Part shown: piece by piece, positions 28,239 to 37,379 of the stretch
Numbering within the stretch: the first letter of the stretch is position 1
Layout: the number at the start of each line of letters is the position of its first letter
NCBI GenBank assembly: GCA_000320545.1
Contig: ADNK01001134.1
Location: 17,229-81,228, forward strand
Direction: 5' to 3'
DNA from: Bigelowiella natans CCMP2755
Lineage: Eukaryota; Protista; Cercozoa
Length of the DNA: 64,000 nt
Notes under the pieces: model-generated
The model's database searches: none
Told to the model about the DNA's origin: nothing
What the model saw: the letters and a program-made list of their open reading frames with translations, nothing else
Translations under genes and position numbers: made by a program

Positions 28239-29453
28239 CTAACAGCCACCATCGAGCCAAACATCGATCTGCGCAAGTGCCCTTTCCTTGAGCTTCGCTG
28301 GAGCTTTGGAGTACGTAATGCTGTTTCGTGCGAGGGTCGCAAGCTGCTTGTCGGTGAACCCAAGAAAGTGTCGTACGATGAGATACTCACGATTGAGGCT
28401 GTGCGCGTTGACAGACGTACCGAAGAAGCCAGGATCGTCGGAGCCAAGCTGCACATGACGCATAGTACACGACATTGTCGATTATTTATTCTTCCAAAGG
28501 GGGGGAGGGGGAGCGAAGTTTCTTTGATGAAACATTGACCAAAAAATGGAAAACGAAAAAAAAATCACACGCTAACATCCATGACATGTGCTGTGCGAGT
28601 TGAGTGATTGGAAATTGGCAGCAATGTGATAGGATGATGGCGAGAAGAGAGGGATGAGATCAGTGCAGTCCTACCGTGCACGGTATGCCTGCATCGAAGA
28701 GCTTGCGGAGGGGGTGGGAACGCAGCCCGTTGGGGATATACGTCAACATGCGATTGCTCAGCGGGCAGACTTCCAAACACACCCCCTTCTCCTTGAGCTC
28801 CGCTATGAGTTTCTCGTCGGTCACAGCGCAGATGCCGTGTCCAATCCTCTCTGCTTTCGCGAAGCGAAGCGACGCCCACATGTTCCCCGTCGACCGTTTC
28901 TCCTCGTCTCCCTTGCTCAGGTACTCACCCGCGTGGTGGCAGATGATAGGATACCCTAGTTGAATGATAAAAAACATAATCGTCATACTAAGAGAGGCCC
29001 CAATAACGATACAAAATATTTCCTGTTGTGTCAGGTTCTTTGGTGTGTGTAATGGATGCGATTTGATGAGAGCCACGCTCTCCCTGCCCAACCTGCATCT
29101 CTCAGCATCTCAAAAACCTCCTTGCTCTCTGCAGCGCTGTCCTCGCTACCCCACGCTCCAAAACCAACGATCGAAATAGCGTCGTCATCGCCGAGGGCCT
29201 TGATCCAAGCTAACACCGTTTTGGCTTCAGCTGGACTCTTTGGGTGGGGTAGGATGAACCGAAGAGAAACCTACCGCACAAAGGTATGATGTCTCACTCC
29301 TTTCACCTCTCCCTCACACAATGATTGTCGTTGTTGCAAAGGCGAGAGAATACCTTGCCCTTGTATTCCTTCTCCAGTTCCCTCCATACTTTCAATATCA
29401 TCTTGTACCGACTGTCATCAACCTCTTTCCCTAACACCGCGTATGCAGAATAT

Positions 29454-29509
<56 letters not shown>

Positions 29510-29760
29510 TGTGTGCGTGTTTGTGTGTTTGCGTATGGAACAAACCGTCTTCATCGAGGCGTAAGGCCGGAGCAGCTGCTTCTATCCACACTATGTTCTC
29601 CTTGACCGCGTCCACGTACATGGTCTTCATGTAACGGCGGAGCGCATCTTCGCCGCCAGATTCGATCATATATGACGCACAATATTGCCTGTCCTTCGCT
29701 CACGCAAAATGCAATGCACACGTAGACTTATGTTCTCATTTTGTCGTACATGTCTGGTGG

Positions 29761-29804
<44 letters not shown>

Positions 29805-30510
29805 AGAGAGAGAGAATGAGGGTATGGGCCAATGGAACGTTGTCACATAGATCTATCCATACCCATATTTTAGGAAACTCTTTGAGGCTGTCCAGTCTTT
29901 TAACTTCTCTCAGGATGTCGTTCTCACTGGCATTCGGCTCTAGCGTTCTATTCACAACAGACACCTCCTTAACCCTCAAAGACATTACTCATACAACAGT
30001 TATTCCTCGCCCATTCCCTGTCTCTTTCTCAATATGTACTAGTGTATTATTGCCTGGGTCCGAAGAAAGCCTGGATGGGATCTGGTGTGGCGAGCTTGTC
30101 TGCACGCCTGTAAAACTTCTCGGCTCTTTTCGGGTTGGATTCTTTGATGGAATCGGCATAATCCCTCGCCTTCTTCACGAACCTGGAGAATCCAATTGTG
30201 TAACAACAACCCCATAAATCTTCATCTACGTGTCGCATAACCTCTCCTTGTCAAAATCCTTCGCTAACTGCTCCATCAGCTCACGAGTAACCATGGCTGC
30301 CCCGAAGTGGATGTGCAGGTGAGCCTACGGCCAAGATTGGGTGGAAGGGAAGGGAAAATATCCAATCAGAGAGCATCTTCAAGATTTCTTTTTGGTCATC
30401 AGGGTGCGGATCGCATGCAAAAGCCACGATGGCCATCGTTGAGTGAACTTTACTTTAGGGAGCGCGTTGAGGTCGCGTCGGCGGTGGGGGCGGGAATGTA
30501 AGCACCCCAT
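28239..30510 (-). CDS. Adenosine/adenine deaminase family protein, about 9 exons
   Basis: ALPK|AHLHIH, HHAGE, RIGHG, EVCPLSN, GSDDPGFF, REY..GFT..L..LARNSI. All metal and catalytic motifs are present. Probable start MGCLHS at 30510. Confidence 0.9.
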
Positions 30511-30924
30511 CCGGTTAGGGCATCTCTTCTCTGTGGTCGGTCGTCGACGTGGGTTGTAACGGTACACACAGCCGACTCGACAGTTTCCGGTTTTTGGTGT
30601 TTTTCGGTGTGATTTTCCCTAAAAAAATGCATCGTTTCTCAGAGCACGGAATGGCTTCTTTCATGACGACAAGGGTCGCTGCTCGCATTTCCGAACAATT
30701 TGAAAAAGCTTCCCCCGAACATGCGAATCGAGCAATCGAAGAGACTTCGCTCGGCCTCCTCGGTTTCATCATGCGGCAGCTATGCTTGGCTGCCCTAGAT
30801 CAACCCCCGCCTCCCTTCCTTCCCGTGGTTCTAATCTGTGCGATTCCCCCGCTAGCCCGCCCGACACCCGAATGCCGAATGCCACGTACTCATTCACTGC
30901 ACGCCCATTGCGCTCATGTCTCCA

Positions 30925-31250
30925 TGTTGCGCGTAAGGTGTTCACAGGCCGAGGCGCTACGTGCACAAGTAGGCAGGGGGGGGGAAAGGCACGTTTGCTT
31001 CCTTTTGAAGAGTTGTGTTTATTTTTATTAAAGATTATATTTTTATTAAATCGTGCACTGCGTAATCATTCGCGAAGCTTTCGCGAATGCCGCCGCACGT
31101 GGGGCAGCACACTTCCGGTGTGCTGCCATGAGTCCCGCCGGAACCCACGTGCCTATGCTGTATTAATATCTACGTTATCTATATTCTATATCCGCGACAA
31201 CCCCTTTGTTGTCGCACGTGACTTGTGCCCGCGTAGTGGTACGCGCTACA
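30925..31250 (-). repeat. 3' LTR (326 bp)
   Basis: Direct repeat of 36313-36638. Terminal inverted repeat matches at 10/11 positions (TGTTGCGCGTA / TACGCGCTACA). Confidence 0.97.
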
Positions 31251-31258
31251 CCTCCCCC
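31251..31258 (-). other. Polypurine tract (GGGGGAGG)
   Basis: Purine run on the element's sense strand, directly abutting the 3' LTR TG. Confidence 0.85.
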
Positions 31259-31301
31259 AAGTCACGTTGCTCCTTCCTTCCTTCCTTATTCCCTTAGACC
31301 T

Positions 31302-34300
31302 TCATCGCTTTCGGAACTTCACCAACCACCAGGTAATAGATTCCTCTCTAACCTTATCTCCTTTGTCGCTTACCCAGAACTCACCTTCGTCCTTAGGTTC
31401 GTGTCCATACCAGCCCTCTGCATCAAGGTCCCCCAGGACCTTATACCAGTGCTCAAAGGGTAAGTCGGGAACAGCTAGGTAGAGTAGCTGATATTTTCCG
31501 TCCTTTATTTTCATAGCTACCCTCTCCATATTTCGTAATCCAGGGTAGCCTAGATAGACAATCTTCATGCGCCAATCGTCGTTCACCCTGACCTTATTGT
31601 TTCCATATTCCACATCGAACTTAGGTCGGGGTCCTAAACAAGGCATTGCTCGCTCCCACACAGTAGGGTTTACTTTAACATCCTCTAGGAGCTTCTCACC
31701 GATATCATAATTCTTTAGGTGACTGATGTGGCGCAAGGTGACCCTGTTCCCATCATAGATGTAGTACTGCTTCCTCCCCTTCCTCTCGGTAACCTTTGCA
31801 ACGCCACCCCAGAAGGGGTCTTGTTTATTTCTCGATCTCAGATTTACCTTGGCCCTAACATACTGTCCTTCCTTTAGAACTCGGCCATCGTACGGGACCT
31901 TCTCGTCTTCGCTCTCGGTATCGTCGTCGTTGTCGTCGCCTTCTTCCCTCTCCTTATCCTTGATACCTCCCCCAGACGTGAAGGTGTCGTTTACTAACCC
32001 TTGTATCTTGTCTGGTGTGGTGCTATTTATCCTGCTTAGGTTGGCCAAGGTGCGGTGGAGTCGCTCTACCTTGGAGTTGGACTGGGCATAGTATACAGGT
32101 GAGGCATCAATATTAGGGTGTGGTAGCTGTAGAAGAGAGGTCTCATTATCCACATGTAACTTCTTTGGTATCTTGTTTATGCTAACTTCATCAGGGATAG
32201 CCTGGAGCTCAGACTCCCAGGTACGGTAGCAGTTAGTAAGCCTCTGCTTATATAAGCCTTTGTTCTTCTTAGCAACGTTGACCTTGATAATCTTTTTAAC
32301 CCAGCACTTTCCAGTGGCCACATCAACGAAGGTAAGGTAGTGATAGCCATCGTACTTATAAACATCAATTTGCACGATATCTAAGAAGTTCCTTGCTTTG
32401 ATTTTCTTAGATGCACGGCTCTTGCTGGACTCCTTGGTGGCGACGCCTGCCGCCTTCAAGCTGGAGCACCTGCAGCCACGCAGGTATGTCCTTATCTCTT
32501 TTAGCTTGTAGGGCCAGTAGTAATGGTAGAGTAGAGCAGTGATATGGTTTTCTCCTACGTGTGCAGGTCCATGGGCGGTAAAGAGAAGGGCTCCCCTGGT
32601 CCGCCGTGGCACGTAGGTACGCCTAACATTATTAGTGTATACATATATCCTATCACTAAGTACCTCATGCTTGTGTTTGTATTTATCCAGGTGTTCTTGA
32701 AGGTGCTGGAGCTCCTCTGGCTCAGGCAGGAAGTCGCCGTCCTCGAAGGTAATCGCGTTAACCATAGGGGTGACCTGGGTAGGGACTTTCTTTTCGAACA
32801 GCCTGCTGAAATAGTCAGCAAGCTGCTTGTCTCCTGGTGCGTAGACCACTGTCCTCTTGTCCCTAAACTCTTCCGTGTCCGCCCTCATAGCTGCATACTC
32901 ATCGTTAGGCGCTTCGAGCTTGCGGTCGATGCCTAGGAGGGGCTTGTGGTCAGTCATTAAGGTGAAGCTGGGCACCGACAGCAGGTAGTATCTTAGTTTC
33001 CTCTGCGCCTCAGTCATGGCTTTATACTCTCCTTTTGTAGGGCTGTACTTGGCCTCAGCTGCTGTGCAGGCCCTGCCCCACACCCGTATGATCTGCTGGT
33101 CTTGGGTAAGTACAGCAGCCATACCTAGCTTAGACCAGTCTGTCCATAGGGTAGCTGGTCTAGTAGTGTCTAGCTTAGCATTCAATAGGGTGTTGCTGCA
33201 TAACTTTATTAGGTTATCGAAGTGGGCATCAAGGCCAGCCTTGGCCCACACCTTAGCGAAGCTGAGGCCTACAGAGTTCTCCTTCCGGTAAGCAGTAGTA
33301 AAAGCAGCTGCAGTCCTAGCGTAGGTAGGGGAGAACCTACGTAGTATCCAAGCTGCAGTCTGCAAGAATGACTTTAACTCCTTTGCATTCTTAGGTTTAG
33401 GGGCTTGCTGTAGTGCTGCTACTTTCTCGGGGTTTGGGGTGATGCGGCCTTGCTCCAGGTAATATCCACACCACTTGATTCTTGTAGCTAGGAATGTACA
33501 CTTCTGCAGTCTAATAGTAAAACCGAAGTGTGCAAACCTAATAAATATATTTTCCAGGAGGAAGATCTGAGCGACGACTGTGTTGGTACATATTATGTCA
33601 TCATCCACATACACAAACACAAACACCCACAACACAGACGCCATCCCATCATGTGTGTATGCCCTGTAGTTCTGACTACTGAACGCATCCCCTGATATGC
33701 TTAGGCCGTAAGGGAATACGACGAAGTGCCACTTCCTGTGCCTGCTGGAGAACGCGGTAATGGGGCGGGAGGTTTTGTGGATGGGTGTCTGCATGTATGA
33801 TTCATTTTTATCTAGGGAAGAGTAGTATTTGTATCCTATGACGTGTTCAATAACGTCATCTATCCTTGGTGTAGGTGTCTGGATCCTCTTTATTACTCGG
33901 TTGTGGCGGATGAAGTTGTGCGCCAGGCGGAAGAAAGGGTAAGTAGGTTTCTTAGCTAGCACATGTCTCACGTTCCATGGTGAGTTGCTTGGCTCTATCT
34001 TCCCTTCCTTTGCCCATTCATTGATCTGCCACTCTATCTTTTCCCAGTCCGCTTCCGGTCGCCTATGTTCTGGGTCATTGATGATGCACTCTTCGTATCC
34101 CTTCTTTAGCTCGATCTTTACTGGGGTAAGCTTGCTGGAGGGCTTCGTCGTCGGCTTGGTGATGTCAGAGTACTTCTCGTTTAATATTTTATTAATGTAC
34201 TTTTTGCCTTTGTCGATATCCCAATCATCAGCTGGGGGGGTCTTGTCCAGTAGCTCCGTTATCTGTCGGATGGTCTTGCCGGGGTTCTTCTTCCGTAGCT

Positions 34301-35744
34301 CGGTAGGTGTAGGTAGCTTGTTGTCCGCTAGGTCCATAAACTCTAACGCATTAACGCTTGACTCAGAGGTCCACTCGTCAAGCCGTATCATGTTCTGGCT
34401 GATGGTCCTGCCTGACTTCTTTGGCAACTTAGCAAAGTATATCTTGTGATTGTAGAATGATATGATCCCCCCTAATTTTTCTAGGGCATCCTGTCCGAGG
34501 AGTAGTTCCATGGATAAAGTCATGGCTACTCGGGTCTTGATTTGGGTCTCCGCGTCGCTGCCAGGTATCTGTAGCTTTAGCATTAGCTCACCGACGGTCT
34601 TCATGGAAGAGCTTCCGTCTGCTTGAGCATATTTACGTTCTTTCTTAGTCACTTGATCCAATAGTCCTAACCTTCTTACTGTGCTTAGGCTTATGAAGGA
34701 CTTCGGCATGCTGCCACTATCCCAAAGGGCAGGTAGTTTCTTGTAGTCTCCGTAGCTGTCTTTAACTTTAACCTTGGTCATAGCAACTTTGATAGTCCTG
34801 TTAGCGTCTTCGTCATTAATGTTGCATACTCCTAAGTTCTTTATGTCGTCTAGGGTCATGGGCTTGTCTTGGTCCTGCGTTGCTGGTACTGCTGTCTTCG
34901 TCGGCGCCTGCTTAAGGTGATCTAATATTCCGTTTATCTGCTGCTGTATAGCATTGATACTGTTCTGCTTTTTGTTCTTATATTTATTGTTCTTCCCGTT
35001 GTTGCTGCCTTGCCATTTGCTGTTGTTATATCCTTGTCCTCTGCCTTTCTTTCTCTTTAACTTCTCGTAGTGTTCGTTGAGCTGCCTGATCGTCATCCTG
35101 GGTCGTCCTTCTTTCCTGTCTCTGCAGTCTTTAGCGGTGTGTTTCCCTTTACGTGAGCAGTATCCGCAACGTCGGTTACCTTCCCTGTCCTTGTACCAGT
35201 CTCGCTGCGGCTTAATAGCGTTAATGTTTCCTATGCCAGGTACCTTAGGGCTGGTAAACTTGCGGTCCTGCTCCTGCTCGCGTAGGGATATAGCCTGCAC
35301 TGCTGCCTCCATCGTGGTGTAGCCTTTCTCCGTAACGTAAGTGGATTCCTTTATCTTTAACTTGAACTCTTCAAACCTTGCCTGATCATCACCTGTGTTG
35401 TAATTAAAATCATGTAGTTCGTCGATCATATCCTGGAAGCGCGTGGCAAAGTCTCTAACAGGTTCTCTCTCATGCTGCATCATTGCTCTGTATTTTCTAA
35501 TAGCCTGGGGTAGGGAGTTAGCATCCTGTTCATTTACAAAAGCCTTCATTATCGCCTCAACGTCTCGTAGCCCACTAACTGTAGTGTGTATTTTCTCTAG
35601 CTGCCTGATCCGGGTCCTGCCTGTCTCGTAAAGGTCCATGGCTTGCTTTATTATAGCTAGCCATTTGAGCTTGTCGTTTTCGGTGGGGTTAGGTAAAGTC
35701 GCAGAGTATACTCCTAGCGTTCTTCCACCACCTCCTTGCCTCAC
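31302..35744 (-). CDS. Retrotransposon ORF2: capsid C-terminal part, zinc knuckle, aspartic protease, RT, RNase H, integrase, C-terminal Dam-like domain
   Basis: Q..EPVRDFATRF; CGYCSRKGKHTAKDC; ALWDSGS; YVDD (about 33600-33611); WTDWS..TDHKPL; IVQID..HVDNE..KVERLHRTL. The ORF starts at a GTG with no ATG nearby. Confidence 0.95.
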   Translation of the reverse strand: MRQGGGGRTLGVYSATLPNPTENDKLKWLAIIKQAMDLYETGRTRIRQLEKIHTTVSGLRDVEAIMKAFVNEQDANSLPQAIRKYRAMMQHEREPVRDFATRFQDMIDELHDFNYNTGDDQARFEEFKLKIKESTYVTEKGYTTMEAAVQAISLREQEQDRKFTSPKVPGIGNINAIKPQRDWYKDREGNRRCGYCSRKGKHTAKDCRDRKEGRPRMTIRQLNEHYEKLKRKKGRGQGYNNSKWQGSNNGKNNKYKNKKQNSINAIQQQINGILDHLKQAPTKTAVPATQDQDKPMTLDDIKNLGVCNINDEDANRTIKVAMTKVKVKDSYGDYKKLPALWDSGSMPKSFISLSTVRRLGLLDQVTKKERKYAQADGSSSMKTVGELMLKLQIPGSDAETQIKTRVAMTLSMELLLGQDALEKLGGIISFYNHKIYFAKLPKKSGRTISQNMIRLDEWTSESSVNALEFMDLADNKLPTPTELRKKNPGKTIRQITELLDKTPPADDWDIDKGKKYINKILNEKYSDITKPTTKPSSKLTPVKIELKKGYEECIINDPEHRRPEADWEKIEWQINEWAKEGKIEPSNSPWNVRHVLAKKPTYPFFRLAHNFIRHNRVIKRIQTPTPRIDDVIEHVIGYKYYSSLDKNESYMQTPIHKTSRPITAFSSRHRKWHFVVFPYGLSISGDAFSSQNYRAYTHDGMASVLWVFVFVYVDDDIICTNTVVAQIFLLENIFIRFAHFGFTIRLQKCTFLATRIKWCGYYLEQGRITPNPEKVAALQQAPKPKNAKELKSFLQTAAWILRRFSPTYARTAAAFTTAYRKENSVGLSFAKVWAKAGLDAHFDNLIKLCSNTLLNAKLDTTRPATLWTDWSKLGMAAVLTQDQQIIRVWGRACTAAEAKYSPTKGEYKAMTEAQRKLRYYLLSVPSFTLMTDHKPLLGIDRKLEAPNDEYAAMRADTEEFRDKRTVVYAPGDKQLADYFSRLFEKKVPTQVTPMVNAITFEDGDFLPEPEELQHLQEHLDKYKHKHEVLSDRIYVYTNNVRRTYVPRRTRGALLFTAHGPAHVGENHITALLYHYYWPYKLKEIRTYLRGCRCSSLKAAGVATKESSKSRASKKIKARNFLDIVQIDVYKYDGYHYLTFVDVATGKCWVKKIIKVNVAKKNKGLYKQRLTNCYRTWESELQAIPDEVSINKIPKKLHVDNETSLLQLPHPNIDASPVYYAQSNSKVERLHRTLANLSRINSTTPDKIQGLVNDTFTSGGGIKDKEREEGDDNDDDTESEDEKVPYDGRVLKEGQYVRAKVNLRSRNKQDPFWGGVAKVTERKGRKQYYIYDGNRVTLRHISHLKNYDIGEKLLEDVKVNPTVWERAMPCLGPRPKFDVEYGNNKVRVNDDWRMKIVYLGYPGLRNMERVAMKIKDGKYQLLYLAVPDLPFEHWYKVLGDLDAEGWYGHEPKDEGEFWVSDKGDKVREESITWWLVKFRKR

Positions 35745-36273
35745 CTCTTTTCCCGTTGTATTTCGTTATCATAACCGGTGCTGTTTTAACAGACATGAAC
35801 TGGGTGTTCCGCTGTACCGGCTGCTGCTGCTTGACGGTGCTCTGGGTCGTCCCCCGCGAGGCGCCCAGACCCCCGTCGTTCCTAAACAAAGCTGCCCACT
35901 CTGGAGGTAAGTCTGCTTCGTAATCCATGATGTCCTGCATGATAGCTGCCCAAACATCATGTGTCTGATACTTGTATTCTATCGATACTTTCAGTTTGGC
36001 GTAGTTGCTCGCCCTGGGTCGCAAGGCTCGTAATGCCATTACGACCTTCTTGCTTTCGGCGGCCACGTCCTCGTCGTCCGCCTCGTAGAAGTTCTCCAGT
36101 GCCTCTGCTGCTGCATCTGCTTTCTTAATCCCGGGTGCTGGTCCCGGCGGTGCCTGTGGAGGTGTTCCTCCTCCTTCCTTAGCGTCCGTATCGCCCTTCC
36201 TTTCCTGTTTCTGCTCGTGCCCTTGCACGGCCTGCGAGCCAAAGTCCTGCTGTTCTTCTAGCTGCTGTGACAT
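35689..36273 (-). CDS. Retrotransposon ORF1: N-terminal part of Gag (194 aa)
   Basis: ATG lies just downstream of the PBS. The ORF ends with the capsid-like ITKYNGKRGEARRWWKNAR motif and overlaps ORF2, which is in the +1 frame. Confidence 0.85.
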   Translation of the reverse strand: MSQQLEEQQDFGSQAVQGHEQKQERKGDTDAKEGGGTPPQAPPGPAPGIKKADAAAEALENFYEADDEDVAAESKKVVMALRALRPRASNYAKLKVSIEYKYQTHDVWAAIMQDIMDYEADLPPEWAALFRNDGGLGASRGTTQSTVKQQQPVQRNTQFMSVKTAPVMITKYNGKRGEARRWWKNARSILCDFT

Positions 36274-36289
36274 TGTTAGTCAAATCGTT

Positions 36290-36307
36290 TCCCGTGTGTG
36301 GAAGCCA
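36290..36307 (-). other. Primer-binding site TGGCTTCCACACACGGGA
   Basis: Begins with TGG (complement of tRNA CCA) 5 nt after the 5' LTR. The plus strand reads like a tRNA 3' end: ...TCCCGTGTGTGGAAG-CCA. Confidence 0.7.
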
Positions 36308-36312
36308 AAGGT

Positions 36313-36638
36313 TGTTGCGCGTAAGGTGTTCACAGGCCGAGGCGCTACGTGCACAAGTAGGCAGGGGGGGGGAAAGGCACGTTTGCTTCCTTTTGAAGAG
36401 TTGTGTTTATTTTTATTAAAGATTATATTTTTATTAAATCGTGCACTGCGTAATCATTCGCGAAGCTTTCGCGAATGCCGCCGCACGTGGGGCAGCACAC
36501 TTCCGGTGTGCTGCCATGAGTCCCGCCGGAACCCACGTGCCTATGCTGTATTAATATCTACGTTATCTATATTCTATATCCGCGACAACCCCTTTGTTGT
36601 CGCACGTGACTTGTGCCCGCGTAGTGGTACGCGCTACA
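36313..36638 (-). repeat. 5' LTR (326 bp)
   Basis: Identical to 30925-31250. The sense strand has a TA-rich TATA-like segment followed by clustered AATAAA. Confidence 0.97.
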
Positions 36639-37379
36639 TCCACATGATCTAGATGATGTCCATGTCTCAAAATGCTAGAATGGCATGAATGCGGTGTGCG
36701 ATGTGCGCGTGCGGGCCGCGACACATTGCTCGATTGAGCTAACGAGATGCACGTGTTTGGATGCAAGCGTGGAAATAGCGGCCCGCCCAGCTAGCCAGCT
36801 TCGCATCGCTGCATTCTGCGAACTGTGCATGAGCTAGACGAGGTTCAGCTAGAGCTCCACCAGGCGTGCTCCATGGGTGCTGTGCATGCGCAGCGGGGAT
36901 CGAAGCTTGTTGGTCATGCAATTAATGGAAATGCGATGCATTACCGTTTGTACGTGCAATGATGCATGTCTCAATTGTATGGCTTGCAGTTTTCTATATT
37001 TCATGCAGACTAGCCTACTACACATGGCAAACAAGCTCCTATTAGCTGAGCTAGCAATGCGCACATCTAGCTAGACACACCTCAGCTACGTGTGTGATAC
37101 AGTGGTTGGCCAACCTGCTTTCCCTTAAACCGCGCGTCACCGCTCTCATGCTACGCGGATTTGCATCTATGGCTTAGTGGATGATCTGGATGCTCGGGAA
37201 GCTAGAAGAAGTATTAAGTGTGACTTCAATTCGTTTCGAGTGCTTAACCCATTGCCTGCTGCGTGTAGACTAACGCACGAATTGCAACGAAAAATTACGA
37301 GCCTTGGCCATGTCAACGTATGCCTGCGCAATGGTAGTGAAGAAGAACAGAAGAAAGAGGAAATATATATAATTAAAGA

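Larger units (their letters stand above)
30925..36638 (-). mobile_element. Full-length Ty3/Gypsy-type LTR retrotransposon (gag-PR-RT-RH-IN order), very recent insertion
   Basis: Two 326-bp LTRs with TG...CA ends that are identical by eye; TCCA TSD (30921-30924 and 36639-36642); PBS; PPT; polyprotein domains in Gypsy order. Confidence 0.97.

Noticed and set aside
31095-31152. Hammerhead-ribozyme-like text in the LTR (CTGCCATGAGTCC..GGAAC in a multi-stem junction)
   Set aside because: It lacks the CUGANGA and GAAA core on either strand, so it is kept only as generic structure.
30549-31482. ORFs 30549-31031 and 30782-31297, plus the matching ORF at 36296-36652
   Set aside because: They read through the LTR antisense to the element and have no recognisable motifs; their shared peptide only reflects LTR identity.
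36285-36307. tRNA gene
   Set aside because: Only a tRNA 3'-end-like 18-mer including CCA is present, with no cloverleaf; it is explained as the PBS.
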